The notes: generated from the letters alone by a model not told the origin. DNA of 64,000 nt from an uncultured Verrucomicrobiae bacterium (GCA_963791565.1 CAWBSX010000004.1:372601-436600); one strand, 5' to 3'; numbered from the stretch's first letter, positions 1-10,478 are shown. Numbers and translations are program-made.

Positions 1-2004
1 CGCAGCCAGGCTAATCGCGCCGACCAGCGCAGCGGCCAAGGCAACGATGCGCATGACATCTGTCACCGCCGCGAAATGTTCCTCGAGCGCTTTTCGAAAA
101 TCGCCGCGCGTTTGAATACTGCTGGAAACGAAGTGCGCATCGAGCAGCGCTTGATCGAGCGCGTTGGAAATCGAATCCGGTGCGTCCGCCGACGTCTTCA
201 CGCGCAGGAGCGTGTTGTTATCGCCCATCGCGGTAATCGCTTCGAATGTCTGATACGTGCCGTAGATAATCGGCGCGCCGATTTCTTCTACCACGCCGAC
301 CACACGCACGGTCTTGCGTCGATCGCGAAAATGAATTTCGAGTTCGCTGCCGACGCGCGCCCCGGCAACAGCTTCCTGCACCAAGCGGTTGATTACGATC
401 GTGTCCGATTCGCCGTTAAGTGGGAGACGTCCCTCTTTCACCGGCAGCTGGAACAAACGCGTCTCCGTCGGATAACCGAGGAGCGAAATCCGCGACGATT
501 CCTGTTGGTTGGTCGCGATGGTAATTGCCGCCGTCCGCCAGGCTTCGGCGATTTCAATCTCTGGAACTTGTCGCGCGACCGCCGTCAATTCGGCGGAAGT
601 CGCCGGGCGTTGCAACTGCACTTGAATGTCGTGAGCCTGATTGCCTAACGAGACGTCAACCACGCGCATCAGGCTTTCGTAAGTGTTGTCCGCAGTCAGC
701 AACATTGCGCCGCCGGCAGACAATGCCAGGAGCGTGATGGTCAGCCGACCGGGACGCCGAAAAGTATTTCGCAACGCAAAGGTCCAGCGGCGATTCCCGG
801 GCATCTTCACCCACCTTGCCGTCCTTCCCGGCGCGACAATTCCCGGTTCTTGAATCGCCTTGTGCGCCGTCATTCGCGCGGCGCGGGCGATTGGCACAAA
901 CATCGCGAGCAACGGAATGGCAAAAGTGAAAAGCAGTTCGAAACGCAGAAGCGAATTCGGCGGCGACCAATCGGCCACATCGATATTGAAAACCGTTTGA
1001 TAATAGCGGACCAGCGCGCGTCCAAGAAATGCGCCCAGGGGAAAAGCAATCGCATTCGCCGCCACGACGATCGGTGCGACCAATCCGAAATATTGTGCGG
1101 CCAGTTGATGCGAACGCGCCCCGAGCGTTTTCATGATTCCGACCTGGCGCACTTCGCGTTTCATCCAGATCGAAACCATGTAGAGGGCGAGCGACGCGCC
1201 GCAGACAAACGCAATCGCGGCGAAGGCCTGCAGCACGCGCAACATCGTGGCCATGAGCGAGGAATGCGGGTGTTGGTCGGGCAAGGCATCGGCGCGTAGC
1301 GGATTTTCGCCGGTCGCCTTAAGCGCATCGCGCAGTTCATGCGCGTAATCAGCCGTGTCGCTTAAGTCACTAGCATTTTTTAGCCTAACGAGTAGTTGAT
1401 CGAGATCTTCACTCTGTCCGATCACGTTCGCCGTCACGCGATTCACATAACCGTAGATCACACGATCCTGCGGGCTCGGCGCGACCGCCGGATCGTGCAC
1501 AAAACCCGCGAACGGAAGCGACGCCGTTCCGCCGCTCGGTTTTCGGATCTGCAACTCTTCGCCAGGTTGGGTCTCGAGCATTGATTGGCCGGATTGCTCG
1601 ATGAAAATTTCGCCGTCAGTTGGCGGCCAGGTTGCATCATGCTGGTGGATTTTGCTCAATCGCTGGCCATCGAAATTTCGCAGCACCGTCAGCCGCATGG
1701 GAAACCATTTTCCTCCTTTGCCAGCAACGCGGCTGAAGACCACACGCCGCGCGTCCACCTCGGCCACGCCTGGTTGCGCTCGAACTTTTTGCAGCAACGC
1801 GGAATTAACTTTGTCGAACCAAACGACGATGTTGGGCGATTCCGATCCGGCGAAACTGCGCGCGACTTCGCGTTGCAAAACGGCACGTGCATTCAAGGCC
1901 GCGACGACACCGGCGGCGCCGAGTGTCAGCACCAAACCGATCAACGCGATCTGCAATCGATGCGCCCGAAAATCGCCAAGAATCTTGCGCCACTGTGTGT
2001 TCAC
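1..2004 (-). CDS. ABC transporter permease, FtsX/MacB-like with two permease halves. The 3' end runs off the left edge of the window.
   Basis: It is absent from the ORF track because it is edge-truncated. Hand translation of the minus strand from GTG at 2004 is open down to position 1 (668 codons): [32 protein letters not shown]... It has an FtsX-type segment GIMKTLGARSHQLAAQYFGLV and a second half starting WTFALRNTFRRPGRLTITLLALSAGG. The GTG overlaps the TGA of the upstream ATPase (GTGA). Confidence 0.8.
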   Translation of the reverse strand, partial: MNTQWRKILGDFRAHRLQIALIGLVLTLGAAGVVAALNARAVLQREVARSFAGSESPNIVVWFDKVNSALLQKVRAQPGVAEVDARRVVFSRVAGKGGKWFPMRLTVLRNFDGQRLSKIHQHDATWPPTDGEIFIEQSGQSMLETQPGEELQIRKPSGGTASLPFAGFVHDPAVAPSPQDRVIYGYVNRVTANVIGQSEDLDQLLVRLKNASDLSDTADYAHELRDALKATGENPLRADALPDQHPHSSLMATMLRVLQAFAAIAFVCGASLALYMVSIWMKREVRQVGIMKTLGARSHQLAAQYFGLVAPIVVAANAIAFPLGAFLGRALVRYYQTVFNIDVADWSPPNSLLRFELLFTFAIPLLAMFVPIARAARMTAHKAIQEPGIVAPGRTARWVKMPGNRRWTFALRNTFRRPGRLTITLLALSAGGAMLLTADNTYESLMRVVDVSLGNQAHDIQVQLQRPATSAELTAVARQVPEIEIAEAWRTAAITIATNQQESSRISLLGYPTETRLFQLPVKEGRLPLNGESDTIVINRLVQEAVAGARVGSELEIHFRDRRKTVRVVGVVEEIGAPIIYGTYQTFEAITAMGDNNTLLRVKTSADAPDSISNALDQALLDAHFVSSSIQTRGDFRKALEEHFAAVTDVMRIVALAAALVGAISLAA

Positions 2005-2720
2005 GAAGGTGACGACCTGTCGGCGATAACGGCGCCGTCCTGTAATTCGATGACGCGATGCGCGCGGCGCGCCAAATTCGCGTCGTGCGTCACGATCATC
2101 AGCGTTTTGTTCTGCGCGATTAGTCCGTGAAAAAGTTCCGTCACGGCCGCGGCTGTTTCGGTGTCGAGATTGCCCGTTGGTTCGTCCGCGAGAACGACCG
2201 GCGGATCATTGGCCAGTGCGCGCGCGATCGCAGCGCGTTGCTGCTGGCCGCCCGATAATGCGGACGGCAATTTATTCGCCTGATCGCTCAGACCGACGAG
2301 CGCGAGCAATTCTTCCGCGCGAGTTCGTCGTTTTTCCGCGGGAATTTTCCCGACAAAGTCCATCGCGAGCAGAATGTTTTCTTCAACCGTGAGTGTCGGC
2401 AGCAGCTGAAAGAATTGGAAAACGATCCCGAGATTGCGGCCGCGCCAGAGCGCCATTTTTGATTCGGTCAATCGATTCAGGCTCTCGCCCGCCGCGCGCA
2501 CGTCGCCGGAGGTAACTCGATCGAGTCCGGCGATGAGATTGAGCAAAGTCGACTTGCCACTGCCGGATTTTCCCAGAACGGCGACGAACTCGCCGCGTGC
2601 CACTCGTAAGGAAACACCACGCAACGCGTGAAACTTGCGGCCGCCCGGTGAAGTATACGACTTCGTCGCAATGTCCAACTCCACGATCGCGGCCGGCCCG
2701 CCATTCGTTAGGCCAGACAT
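2001..2720 (-). CDS. ABC transporter ATP-binding protein (LolD/MacB-type)
   Basis: 239-aa ORF with Walker [13 protein letters not shown] signature LSGGQQQR and Walker B VVLADEPT. It is translationally coupled to the downstream permease. Confidence 0.9.
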   Translation of the reverse strand: MSGLTNGGPAAIVELDIATKSYTSPGGRKFHALRGVSLRVARGEFVAVLGKSGSGKSTLLNLIAGLDRVTSGDVRAAGESLNRLTESKMALWRGRNLGIVFQFFQLLPTLTVEENILLAMDFVGKIPAEKRRTRAEELLALVGLSDQANKLPSALSGGQQQRAAIARALANDPPVVLADEPTGNLDTETAAAVTELFHGLIAQNKTLMIVTHDANLARRAHRVIELQDGAVIADRSSPS

Positions 2721-2723
2721 CGC

Positions 2724-3215
2724 CTAAAAAAATCGGTGACGCTGCAGCGCGAAGAAATCGGTGCCGCTTAATTTGCCCTCCGCATCGAAGCGAAATGTTT
2801 TCGTTCTTGCCGGTCGATCGGCTGAGCGAAACTCGAGAGTGGCGACGCGCACATCGCCGTTGGTTTCAACCTTTGTCACAATTAACTCGTTAGGCGATTT
2901 CGCTTTCACCATCGCCTGCATGAGAAAATCCGTGGCGTTACTTCCTTCCGGCGCGCCTTCGACCGTAAACTTTTCCGAGACGCGCGGCTTCAACGCCGTG
3001 CCATCATGCACACGCATCGCTTCGGCAAAGGCGAGCATGAAATCCATGATCGGCTTGTCGGGCGCGACGTCGGCGGCGAACAAAACATTCGCGACTTTAG
3101 CGTCCGGCGGGCCGGGAGTGGCCGCTGGTTGAGTCCCGTGTATCCATTCTTTCAAACCGCCCTGCGCCCCGGCCATGGAAAAGAAAATGAGAATGAGGGT
3201 GAGTATTTTTTTCAT
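2724..3215 (-). CDS. Secreted hypothetical protein, first gene of the ABC operon
   Basis: 163-aa ORF with an N-terminal signal-like MKKILTLILIFFSMAGAQG. Its stop lies 4 nt upstream of the ATPase start. I recognise no family. Confidence 0.55.
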   Translation of the reverse strand: MKKILTLILIFFSMAGAQGGLKEWIHGTQPAATPGPPDAKVANVLFAADVAPDKPIMDFMLAFAEAMRVHDGTALKPRVSEKFTVEGAPEGSNATDFLMQAMVKAKSPNELIVTKVETNGDVRVATLEFRSADRPARTKTFRFDAEGKLSGTDFFALQRHRFF

Positions 3216-3313
3216 GGGGAGAACGTGATCTTCTCCGACAAGACTGCGTGCGCCAGCCGGCGGTTACAAAAGTCGTTAGGCGAAAAGCATAAAGTCCAGA
3301 AACATCGGAAGTC

Positions 3314-3343
3314 TGTAACCGAATCCTTGGCGAAACTGTCTTA
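3314..3343 (+). promoter_or_regulatory. Candidate ECF-type promoter (TGTAACC ... N17-18 ... TGTCTTA) upstream of the ECF sigma gene
   Basis: An AAC-containing -35-like element at 3314-3320 and a GTCT-containing -10-like element at 3337-3343 lie about 20 nt upstream of the sigma start. They resemble the generic GGAAC-N16-17-CGTCT ECF pattern. This is pattern match only. Confidence 0.3.
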
Positions 3344-3363
3344 TCGGACAGAGTGGAAACATT

Positions 3364-3960
3364 GTGGTGGGCATGGTTAACGATCTCGACGTCTCCGCAC
3401 TGGTGGCGGCTGCGCTACGAGACGACGATGAAGCTGCGCGAGCACTCGTGCGGCATCTCTACCCCTTTGTCGTCAAAATGGTTCGATCGCACCGACCGCA
3501 ACGCGCCGCCGAAGAGGACCTTTGCCAAATGATCTTCATCAAAATTTTTCAGAAGCTCGATCAATATTCCGGCGCGGTTCCGCTTGAGCACTGGGTCTCG
3601 CGCATCGCGATCAACACCTGCCTCAATCAGATCGCGGCGGAAAAAGCGCGGCCGGAATTGCGTCGAGCGGATTTGAGTGAAGAACAGGCCGCAGTAGTGG
3701 ATAATCTGGCGACGACTTCAGATGAACTTGCTCCCGGTCAACAACTCGCCTCGCGCGATCTCGTGGCACATTTGCTCGATAGGCTCAAGCCAGCCGAGCG
3801 TCTGGTGATGGATATGCTTTATCTGCAACAAAAGTCGGTGGAAGAAATTCGCAAGGCCACCGGCTGGAGCGCGGCCCTGGTAAAAGTGCGCGCATTTCGG
3901 GCGCGGCAAAAATTGAAAAGCCAGTTCGAGCGTTTGCAGCGAAAGGAAGACAATGTCTAA
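3364..3960 (+). CDS. ECF (sigma-70 family) RNA polymerase sigma factor
   Basis: 198 aa. There is a region-2-like LYPFVVKMVRSH...EEDLCQMIFIKIF and a region-4-like LKPAERLVMDMLYLQQKSVEEIRKATGWSAALVKVRAFRARQKL. The stop overlaps the next start (ATGTCTAA). Confidence 0.85.
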   Translation: MVGMVNDLDVSALVAAALRDDDEAARALVRHLYPFVVKMVRSHRPQRAAEEDLCQMIFIKIFQKLDQYSGAVPLEHWVSRIAINTCLNQIAAEKARPELRRADLSEEQAAVVDNLATTSDELAPGQQLASRDLVAHLLDRLKPAERLVMDMLYLQQKSVEEIRKATGWSAALVKVRAFRARQKLKSQFERLQRKEDNV

Positions 3961-4261
3961 CATCGACCGCCTTTTTCGCGCGGCTAGTGCTGCGCCTAAC
4001 GAATCGTTGCCGGAAGAAATGCCGTTCGGTTTCGACACACGCGTCTTGGCCAATTGGCGCGCATCACGTTCGAGCAATGGAAATGGTTCGCTGGAATTTG
4101 CGCGTTACTTCAAACGCATTGCCATGGCCGCAGTCGTGGTCGCGGCTTGTGCCGGCACGGGTGCCTTTTGGCAACTGCAGCAAAATGATGATCTCGACGA
4201 AGCGACCGGCGGCGCTTACGCCATGGCCGACAGCGCGATAGAAGCGAACACTTTGCAATGA
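3953..4261 (+). CDS. Putative anti-sigma factor (single-pass membrane protein)
   Basis: 102 aa with one hydrophobic helix, IAMAAVVVAACAGTGAFW. It overlaps the sigma gene stop and the next gene's start (ATGA). The function is inferred from position only. Confidence 0.5.
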   Translation: MSNIDRLFRAASAAPNESLPEEMPFGFDTRVLANWRASRSSNGNGSLEFARYFKRIAMAAVVVAACAGTGAFWQLQQNDDLDEATGGAYAMADSAIEANTLQ

Positions 4262-4668
4262 CCAAACACTGGAAATTATGGTTAGCGCTCGCGCTCCTTG
4301 TCGTCTTTTTGGCTGGCGGCGCGCTTGGTCTCTGCGCCGGCGTGATCCATGCGCGTCAGGTTTTTTTTGCGCGGCATGGTGGCTTTGCTGGCGGTCGCAT
4401 GCGGGAACATTTGCGCCGCAAATTAGAGCTCACGCCGGAGCAATACGACAAGGTCAGTCCGATCCTCGATCAGACCGAACGGCGTCTGGAAGAGATTCGG
4501 GCGGAGACTGGCCAGCGCGTGCGCGAAGCGATGAATCAATCGCACGATCAAATTGTTCCGCTGCTCAATCCGGACCAACGAAAGAAACTCGACGAAATGC
4601 GCGAACGTCATCGGCACATCATGCGCATGCACGGCGGCGACATGCCGCCCCCGCCCGACGGTCACTAA
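4258..4668 (+). CDS. Periplasmic Spy/CpxP-like (LTXXQ-type) protein
   Basis: 136 aa with an N-terminal hydrophobic helix, LELTPEQYDKV and LLNPDQRKKLDEM repeats typical of the LTXXQ/Spy family, and a His/Met-rich tail. Confidence 0.55.
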   Translation: MTKHWKLWLALALLVVFLAGGALGLCAGVIHARQVFFARHGGFAGGRMREHLRRKLELTPEQYDKVSPILDQTERRLEEIRAETGQRVREAMNQSHDQIVPLLNPDQRKKLDEMRERHRHIMRMHGGDMPPPPDGH

Positions 4669-4679
4669 TCGACCACTCG

Positions 4680-5672
4680 TTAGGCGAACTCGCGAAAAAT
4701 CTCCGCGCCAATTTCGAACGAGCGCAGCCGCGCCGCGTGATCGAAAATTTGTCCGGTGGCAATTATTTCGTCGGCGCCGGTTTCGTCCAGAATGGATTTT
4801 ACCCGCGTGCGAATGGTCGCGGGCGATCCGATGAGCGCATAACGCATTCGCTCGTCCACGGCCGCGCGCTCCAGCATATTCCACTCAACTTCCATGTCGT
4901 CGACGGGCGGCGGCAATTCGCCGGGCTGGCCGCGCACAAGATTCAAAAACATCAGCTGCGCGGAAGTGGCGATTCGCTGACCTTCTCGGTCGGTCTCCGC
5001 GCCAAAGAGTCCGGCGCCGATCATGACGTAAGGTTTCTGCAACTGCGCCGACGGTTTGAATTCGCTGCGATAAATCTTGAGAGCGACGTGCAGATATTCC
5101 GGCGCGAAATGTGAGGCGAAGGCGAAAGGCAGGCCGAGCTCCGCCGCGAGACGCGCGCTAAAATCGCTCGAGCCTAACAAGTAGAGCGGCACCTTTAAAC
5201 CCGCGCCCGGTACCGCACGCAACCTCTCGTTAGGCGCAGCCGGCTTGAAATAGGATTGCAGTTCGAGAAGGTCTTGCGGAAAAGTCTCGCCGCTGCTGCC
5301 GAGATAACGCCGCAAAGCGCGTGCAGTCAGCTGGTCGCTCCCCGGCGCGCGACCGAGGCCGAGATCGATCCGTCCGGGATAGAGCGATTCCAGCGTGCCG
5401 AACTGTTCCGCGATCACGAGCGGCGCGTGATTCGGCAGCATGATCCCGCCCGCGCCGACGCGAATCTTTTTCGTCGCGCCCGCGACATGACCGATAACGA
5501 TCGACGTCGCCGCGCTCGCGATTCCTGGAAGATTGTGATGCTCCGCTAGCCAGAAGCGATGATAACCCCACTCCTCCGCGTGCCGCGCCAGATCGGCCGT
5601 GTTGCGAAATGCCTGCGACGCGTCACCGCCTTCGACAATCGGTGACAGATCGAGAACGGAATAGAACTGCAT
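4680..5672 (-). CDS. LLM-class (luciferase-like) flavin-dependent oxidoreductase
   Basis: Start chosen at [12 protein letters not shown] (ATG at 5672, overlapping the TGA of the upstream gene). [26 protein letters not shown] is typical of this family. The TAA stop lies inside a motif copy. Confidence 0.8.
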   Translation of the reverse strand: MQFYSVLDLSPIVEGGDASQAFRNTADLARHAEEWGYHRFWLAEHHNLPGIASAATSIVIGHVAGATKKIRVGAGGIMLPNHAPLVIAEQFGTLESLYPGRIDLGLGRAPGSDQLTARALRRYLGSSGETFPQDLLELQSYFKPAAPNERLRAVPGAGLKVPLYLLGSSDFSARLAAELGLPFAFASHFAPEYLHVALKIYRSEFKPSAQLQKPYVMIGAGLFGAETDREGQRIATSAQLMFLNLVRGQPGELPPPVDDMEVEWNMLERAAVDERMRYALIGSPATIRTRVKSILDETGADEIIATGQIFDHAARLRSFEIGAEIFREFA

Positions 5673-6016
5673 CAGGTCCGAACGGACTGCACGATCAGCA
5701 GCACGATATCGAGCAAGGCCACAACGATGATGAAGGCGCCGAATTTCTTCTTGCTCCAATACGGAATGGTCTCGTTAGGCGAAAGCTCCTCTGTGCGCTT
5801 CATCCCGGTCGGCGTCATCTCGAATCGCCAACCGATGATGAGCGCCATGGGAAATCCCAGCGCGACGATGATGATGAAAAACTTGAGCAGACCCGGTGCA
5901 TCCATCATTGGAAAAAAGATCCAGGCGAGATCAATCGCCAGCCAGGCGAGCAACAGGTAAACGACCGTGACCTTGTGCACGTTGCGGCGTCGAAATTCGC
6001 GAAAGAAATTGGTCAT
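5672..6016 (-). CDS. Small integral membrane protein
   Basis: 114 aa with 3 hydrophobic helices. It is overlap-coupled on both sides (ATGA at 6013-6016 and TGATG at 5670-5674). Confidence 0.55.
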   Translation of the reverse strand: MTNFFREFRRRNVHKVTVVYLLLAWLAIDLAWIFFPMMDAPGLLKFFIIIVALGFPMALIIGWRFEMTPTGMKRTEELSPNETIPYWSKKKFGAFIIVVALLDIVLLIVQSVRT

Positions 6017-6903
6017 GCGCCGTGATATTTCCGCCAGTAGCGCACCGCGCCACTCACTGCCATGTAGCTTGGATCGGCCGCCTCGTAGTTGTCGACCTCA
6101 TCCTGCTTCGCGCCATGCTCGCGCAAATCGGTGTGTTCGTATTCAGCAAAAGGCGCAATGAGTTGCGGCTCCTCTTTGCCTTCGCGCAACCGATCGCGAA
6201 ACCATTCCGACCAGCGCCGCACACGCTCTTCCAGTTGGTCGAAATGCATCGCGATCGAATTTTCCACCAAACCAAAATGCGGAAGATAAAGTTTCGCCGG
6301 ATCGAGAACGCGCATCTTCGCGATCGATTCGAGCCACGATTCGACGTGCAATTCCGGCGGGACGAAGGGCGGGATCGGCGGACCGCTGCCAATTCGCACG
6401 CCAGCAATGTCGCCACCGAAAAGGATGTCGTCCCAATGGTAAACGTGATGATGACTGGCGTGACCGGGCGTGGCGATGGCGCGAATGCCTAATGAATCCA
6501 GTTTAACCACATCGCCATCCTGCAGGATCCTGATTTTGTCTTCCGGCACGGGCGCGATTTTTCCCCACAATCGTTCCATGTCGTCGCCAAAAATCCGCGT
6601 GGCGGAATCGACTAATTTTTTCGGATCGATCAGATGCGGCGCGCCGCGCGGGTGCACGTAAATCCTCGCGCCCAATTCCGCGAAGCGCCAGCCTGCCCCG
6701 GCATGATCAAAATGAATGTGACTAAGAAAAACGTGCCGAACCTCTTTTGCTTCCGCCCCAATCCGCCGGAGTTCGGCCACGACGTTCTCGAAAGTGGATT
6801 CGGGACCGGTGTCGAAGAGCGCGATACCGTCCTTCGTTTCGAGCGCCGTCGCCGCAATCACGCCCGGGCATCCCAGCTGTCGCGTATCGAGAACGTGCAT
6901 CAT
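6013..6903 (-). CDS. MBL-fold metallo-hydrolase
   Basis: 296 aa with an HxHxDH motif (SHIHFDHAG) and downstream TPGHASHH. Confidence 0.85.
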   Translation of the reverse strand: MMHVLDTRQLGCPGVIAATALETKDGIALFDTGPESTFENVVAELRRIGAEAKEVRHVFLSHIHFDHAGAGWRFAELGARIYVHPRGAPHLIDPKKLVDSATRIFGDDMERLWGKIAPVPEDKIRILQDGDVVKLDSLGIRAIATPGHASHHHVYHWDDILFGGDIAGVRIGSGPPIPPFVPPELHVESWLESIAKMRVLDPAKLYLPHFGLVENSIAMHFDQLEERVRRWSEWFRDRLREGKEEPQLIAPFAEYEHTDLREHGAKQDEVDNYEAADPSYMAVSGAVRYWRKYHGA

Positions 6904-6951
6904 CGGAAATTCGCGTTCGCACTCTCACGTCATTTGGTCGAAAAGAAAATC

Positions 6952-8022
6952 ATGAGTGCTCTTCGAATTCTCGCGGTTCTGCTCGCCTCGATTGCCATCT
7001 CGTTCGCGGCCGATTATCCGCAGCCGGCCGAAAGTGATTACATCATTAAGGACTTCAAGTTTGCGTCCGGTGAATCCTTGCCGGAATTGCGCATTCATTA
7101 TCGGACTATCGGTAAACCGGATACCGACGCGCACGGGGAAATTCATAACGCCGTGCTGATCACGCACGGCACCACCGGGAGCGGCGCACAATTCGTTAGG
7201 CCGGAATTTGCCGGCGAACTTTTCGGCGCGGGACAGCCGCTCGATGCCGCAAAATTTTTCATCATCCTGCCGGACGGAATCGGCCACGGAAAATCGAGCC
7301 GGCCGAGCGAAGGCTTGCACGCGAAGTTTCCGCGCTACGGCTATCGCGACATGGTCGAAGCGCAGTTCCGTTTGTTAACCGACGGCCTTGGCATCAAACA
7401 CGCGCGGCTCATCATGGGCACATCGATGGGCGGAATGCACACCTGGCTCTGGGGCGAAATGCATCCGGATTTCATGGACGCCCTCATGCCGCTGGCGAGT
7501 TTGCCGACGCAAATTTCCGGTCGCAATCGCGGGTGGCGCAAAACAGTCAGCGACGCTATCCGCAACGATCCCTCCTGGGAAAACGGCGATTACAAGACAC
7601 AGCCGCAGAGTTTGCGCACCGCGGCGGAGATGTTGTGGTTCATGAGCAGCAATCCGGTCTTGCGCCAAACGGAAGCCCCGACTTTGGAGAAGACGGATGA
7701 GGTGCTCGAAAAGTTCGTCGCTGATCATCTGAAAAATGACGACGCGAACGACGTGCTCTATGCAATCGAAGCATCGCGTGATTACGATCCCGGTCCGAAC
7801 CTGGAGAAAATTCGCGCTCCACTTCTCGCGATCAACTCCGCCGATGATCTGATCAATCCGCCTGAGCTCGGAATTCTGGAACGCGAAATCAAACGCGTCC
7901 CGCACGGACGCGCCATCGTTATTCCATTAAGCGACAAGACGCGCGGGCATGGCAGCCACACGCTGGCGGCGTTGTGGAAAGATGAGTTGGTAAAACTACT
8001 GGCCGAATCTACTACTCGTTAG
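6952..8022 (+). CDS. Secreted alpha/beta hydrolase (homoserine O-acetyltransferase-like fold)
   Basis: Start at MSALRILAVLLASIAISFA (signal-like). It has the nucleophile elbow GTSMGGM. The stop is the TAG inside the motif copy at 8015. It overlaps the convergent gene by 11 nt. Confidence 0.75.
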   Translation: MSALRILAVLLASIAISFAADYPQPAESDYIIKDFKFASGESLPELRIHYRTIGKPDTDAHGEIHNAVLITHGTTGSGAQFVRPEFAGELFGAGQPLDAAKFFIILPDGIGHGKSSRPSEGLHAKFPRYGYRDMVEAQFRLLTDGLGIKHARLIMGTSMGGMHTWLWGEMHPDFMDALMPLASLPTQISGRNRGWRKTVSDAIRNDPSWENGDYKTQPQSLRTAAEMLWFMSSNPVLRQTEAPTLEKTDEVLEKFVADHLKNDDANDVLYAIEASRDYDPGPNLEKIRAPLLAINSADDLINPPELGILEREIKRVPHGRAIVIPLSDKTRGHGSHTLAALWKDELVKLLAESTTR

Positions 8023-9103
8023 GCCGAATTCCGCGTTGCGTCACCAGATAGACCGCGAAACTGCCTAACCAGTGGCCACCTTCGTAATGTTCGCCGGTGA
8101 CGGCGGCTAACCCCGCGCGACGATGCGCCGCGGCCGCGGCTTGCAAAGCACCACGGCGCGAATCGTCTTTGGGCAAAACGGAAAGAATTCCTTCCAGCAT
8201 CCAGGCACGGCTTAGATTCAAGCCGTCGAGGTGCGCCAACTTTGGATCGCTCGGATCCGGCGAGACAGCTATTGGCAGCCAGTCGATCTTGGACTCGTTA
8301 GGCAATTGCGGCAGAAAATCCTTCAGCCATTTCGCAAAATCATCCGCTGGAAGAACGCGGCGCATGACGTCCGCTTCCGCCAAACAGGGCGAAAGAAAAT
8401 CTTCCCCGGAAGGTTCGTAAGCCAGGGGCGCGTTCTTGTCGGCGTCGAAAAATTGTCTGGCCTTTGCGCTCACCAGTTTCGCGAACTCTTCGTTCTTAAC
8501 CACGCGCGCGTAGTCCAGCATCAAGCCCAGGGAAAAGGCCGTTTGATTGTGTTCGCCGATGCGAATTGGGTGAGAAAGTTTCGGCAGCCAGTTCGTTAGG
8601 CGCTCAAGCGCGGCCGTTTCGACCGGCTGCAAGTTTGTCGATAATTCGCGTGCCTCCGGATCATCCCATTCGCGCAATTCGGCGCAGAGTTGCAGCAACC
8701 ATGCTAATCCATATGGCCGCTCGAAACTGGCGCGACCTTCGCCGCGCAAATAGGCCGCCTCCTGTTTGAGATTCTCCGCGCTCAAACTCTTGCGCAGTGC
8801 TTCGCGCGCCGCGGCCGCGAAAGGCGCATCGGGAAATGTTCTCGTCAGGCGAACGAGCAACCAATGGCCGTGCACGGAGGAATGCCAGTCGTAACAGCCG
8901 AAAAATGCCGGCGTCAGTTTGCGCGGCGGCGCGACATCGGCGTCGCTGTTCAAATTGTGGCTGATCTTGTTCGGATACTCTTTGGCGACGCAGGCGAGCG
9001 CCAGATCGGCGAAACGTTGCGCGGCTGCGACATCGAATTTCGGCGAAGATTCTTCCGCCATAACCACGAGCGGGAGCAAAAATAGAAATGCGCACGTTTT
9101 CAC
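8012..9103 (-). CDS. Secreted hypothetical protein (DUF2891-like)
   Basis: 363 aa with signal-like MKTCAFLFLLPLVVMA and CYDWHSSVHGHW, as I recall for DUF2891. The family assignment is from memory and unverified. Confidence 0.55.
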   Translation of the reverse strand: MKTCAFLFLLPLVVMAEESSPKFDVAAAQRFADLALACVAKEYPNKISHNLNSDADVAPPRKLTPAFFGCYDWHSSVHGHWLLVRLTRTFPDAPFAAAAREALRKSLSAENLKQEAAYLRGEGRASFERPYGLAWLLQLCAELREWDDPEARELSTNLQPVETAALERLTNWLPKLSHPIRIGEHNQTAFSLGLMLDYARVVKNEEFAKLVSAKARQFFDADKNAPLAYEPSGEDFLSPCLAEADVMRRVLPADDFAKWLKDFLPQLPNESKIDWLPIAVSPDPSDPKLAHLDGLNLSRAWMLEGILSVLPKDDSRRGALQAAAAAHRRAGLAAVTGEHYEGGHWLGSFAVYLVTQRGIRPNE

Positions 9104-9119
9104 TTGCGGTAGTTATGGT

Positions 9120-9749
9120 TTGAATTTGAAAACCAGAAAACCAGAAAGTTCTGATTTCACCAAAGCGGAGCTGCGCAAACTGCGGGCGTTGAAAACACCG
9201 CAAGGCATTCAACGCTTTCTCGATTCGTTGCCGTATCATCTGGCGACGACGGCCTGGTCGCCGCGGCGCGTTTTGCAGGAAGGCACGGCGCATTGTCTGG
9301 AAGGCGCGATTTTCGCCGCGGCTGCGCTGCGCGCGCTCGGATATGCGCCGCTTATTTTCGACTTGGAAGCGGAACAGGATACCGATCACGTCGTGGCGAT
9401 TTATCGGACGCGCGGACACTGGGGCGCGATCGCCAAATCGAACTTCTCAGGTTGCCGCGATCGCACGCCGGTTTATCCGACCTTGCGCGAATTGGCCCTG
9501 AGTTATTTTCACATCTATTTCAATCTGCGCGGCGAACGGACGTTGCGTCGCTATTCGCAACCGGTGAATCTCGCGCGTTTCGATAAACGCGATTGGATGA
9601 CAACGGACCAGGAGGTTTGGTTTATCGCCGATTATCTCTGCGAAATTCCGCATCGTCCGGTGGTCAAGCGGACCTTGTTAAAAAATGCGTACCGCATAGA
9701 CGCGCGCACGATGCAGGCCGAGATGGTCGGTCATCGAAAGAAGCACTAA
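9120..9749 (+). CDS. Transglutaminase-like putative cysteine peptidase
   Basis: There is a Cys motif GTAHCLEGAIFAAAALRALGY and a His motif DHVVAIYRTRGHWGAI. The start is uncertain (TTG at 9120 or 9126), because the upstream part of the track ORF is antisense to the neighbouring gene. Confidence 0.5.
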   Translation: MNLKTRKPESSDFTKAELRKLRALKTPQGIQRFLDSLPYHLATTAWSPRRVLQEGTAHCLEGAIFAAAALRALGYAPLIFDLEAEQDTDHVVAIYRTRGHWGAIAKSNFSGCRDRTPVYPTLRELALSYFHIYFNLRGERTLRRYSQPVNLARFDKRDWMTTDQEVWFIADYLCEIPHRPVVKRTLLKNAYRIDARTMQAEMVGHRKKH

Positions 9750-9758
9750 CCTGCGTTC

Positions 9759-10478
9759 GTGGAGACGAAGACACATATTCTAATCACCGGTTCGACGCGT
9801 GGCATCGGCGCCGTCACGCGCGACGAATTGAAGAAACAGGGCGCTCGTGTCATCGGTCACGGTTCGCGCGCAGCCGGAGCGGAAGAAATCCCCGCGGATC
9901 TCTCGCAGCCCAATGCAGCGGATGCACTGTGGCGCGAAGCGATCGAACGACTCGACGGCCGGATTGACGTCCTGATCAATAATGCCGGCATTTACGAACC
10001 TGTGTCCGTTGGAGAGAGCACGGAAGTTTGGGAAGCGCGCTGGAATCGCACCATGCAGATCAACCTCCAGGCCGCAGCGGATCTTTGCCGACTGGCCGTT
10101 TCGCATTTCCGATCGCGCGCCGGAGGCGGTCGCATCGTCAATGTCGCGAGTCGCGCGGCCCATCGCGGTGATTCGCCGGAGCACTGGCATTACGCGGCGT
10201 CGAAAGCGGGCTTGATCGCTGTGACAAAGTCGATCGCGCGTGGATTCGCGACCGAAGAAATCTACGCCTTTGCCGTCGCGCCCGGTTTCACCATGACTGG
10301 AATGGCGGAAGATTACCTAACGAGTCGTGGAGGTGACGCGATCCTGAAAGAGATACCATTACGTCGCGTGAATTCCGCGGAAGAAGTTGCCAACGCGATC
10401 GTTTATCTCGCTCTGCACGCTCCAGCCGCAATGACCGGCGCGGTGATTGATATCAATGGCGCGAGTTACGTGCGCTGA
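9759..10478 (+). CDS. SDR-family oxidoreductase
   Basis: 239 aa with TGSTRGIG cofactor motif, NNAG, and catalytic YAASKAG (YxxxK). Confidence 0.9.
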   Translation: METKTHILITGSTRGIGAVTRDELKKQGARVIGHGSRAAGAEEIPADLSQPNAADALWREAIERLDGRIDVLINNAGIYEPVSVGESTEVWEARWNRTMQINLQAAADLCRLAVSHFRSRAGGGRIVNVASRAAHRGDSPEHWHYAASKAGLIAVTKSIARGFATEEIYAFAVAPGFTMTGMAEDYLTSRGGDAILKEIPLRRVNSAEEVANAIVYLALHAPAAMTGAVIDINGASYVR

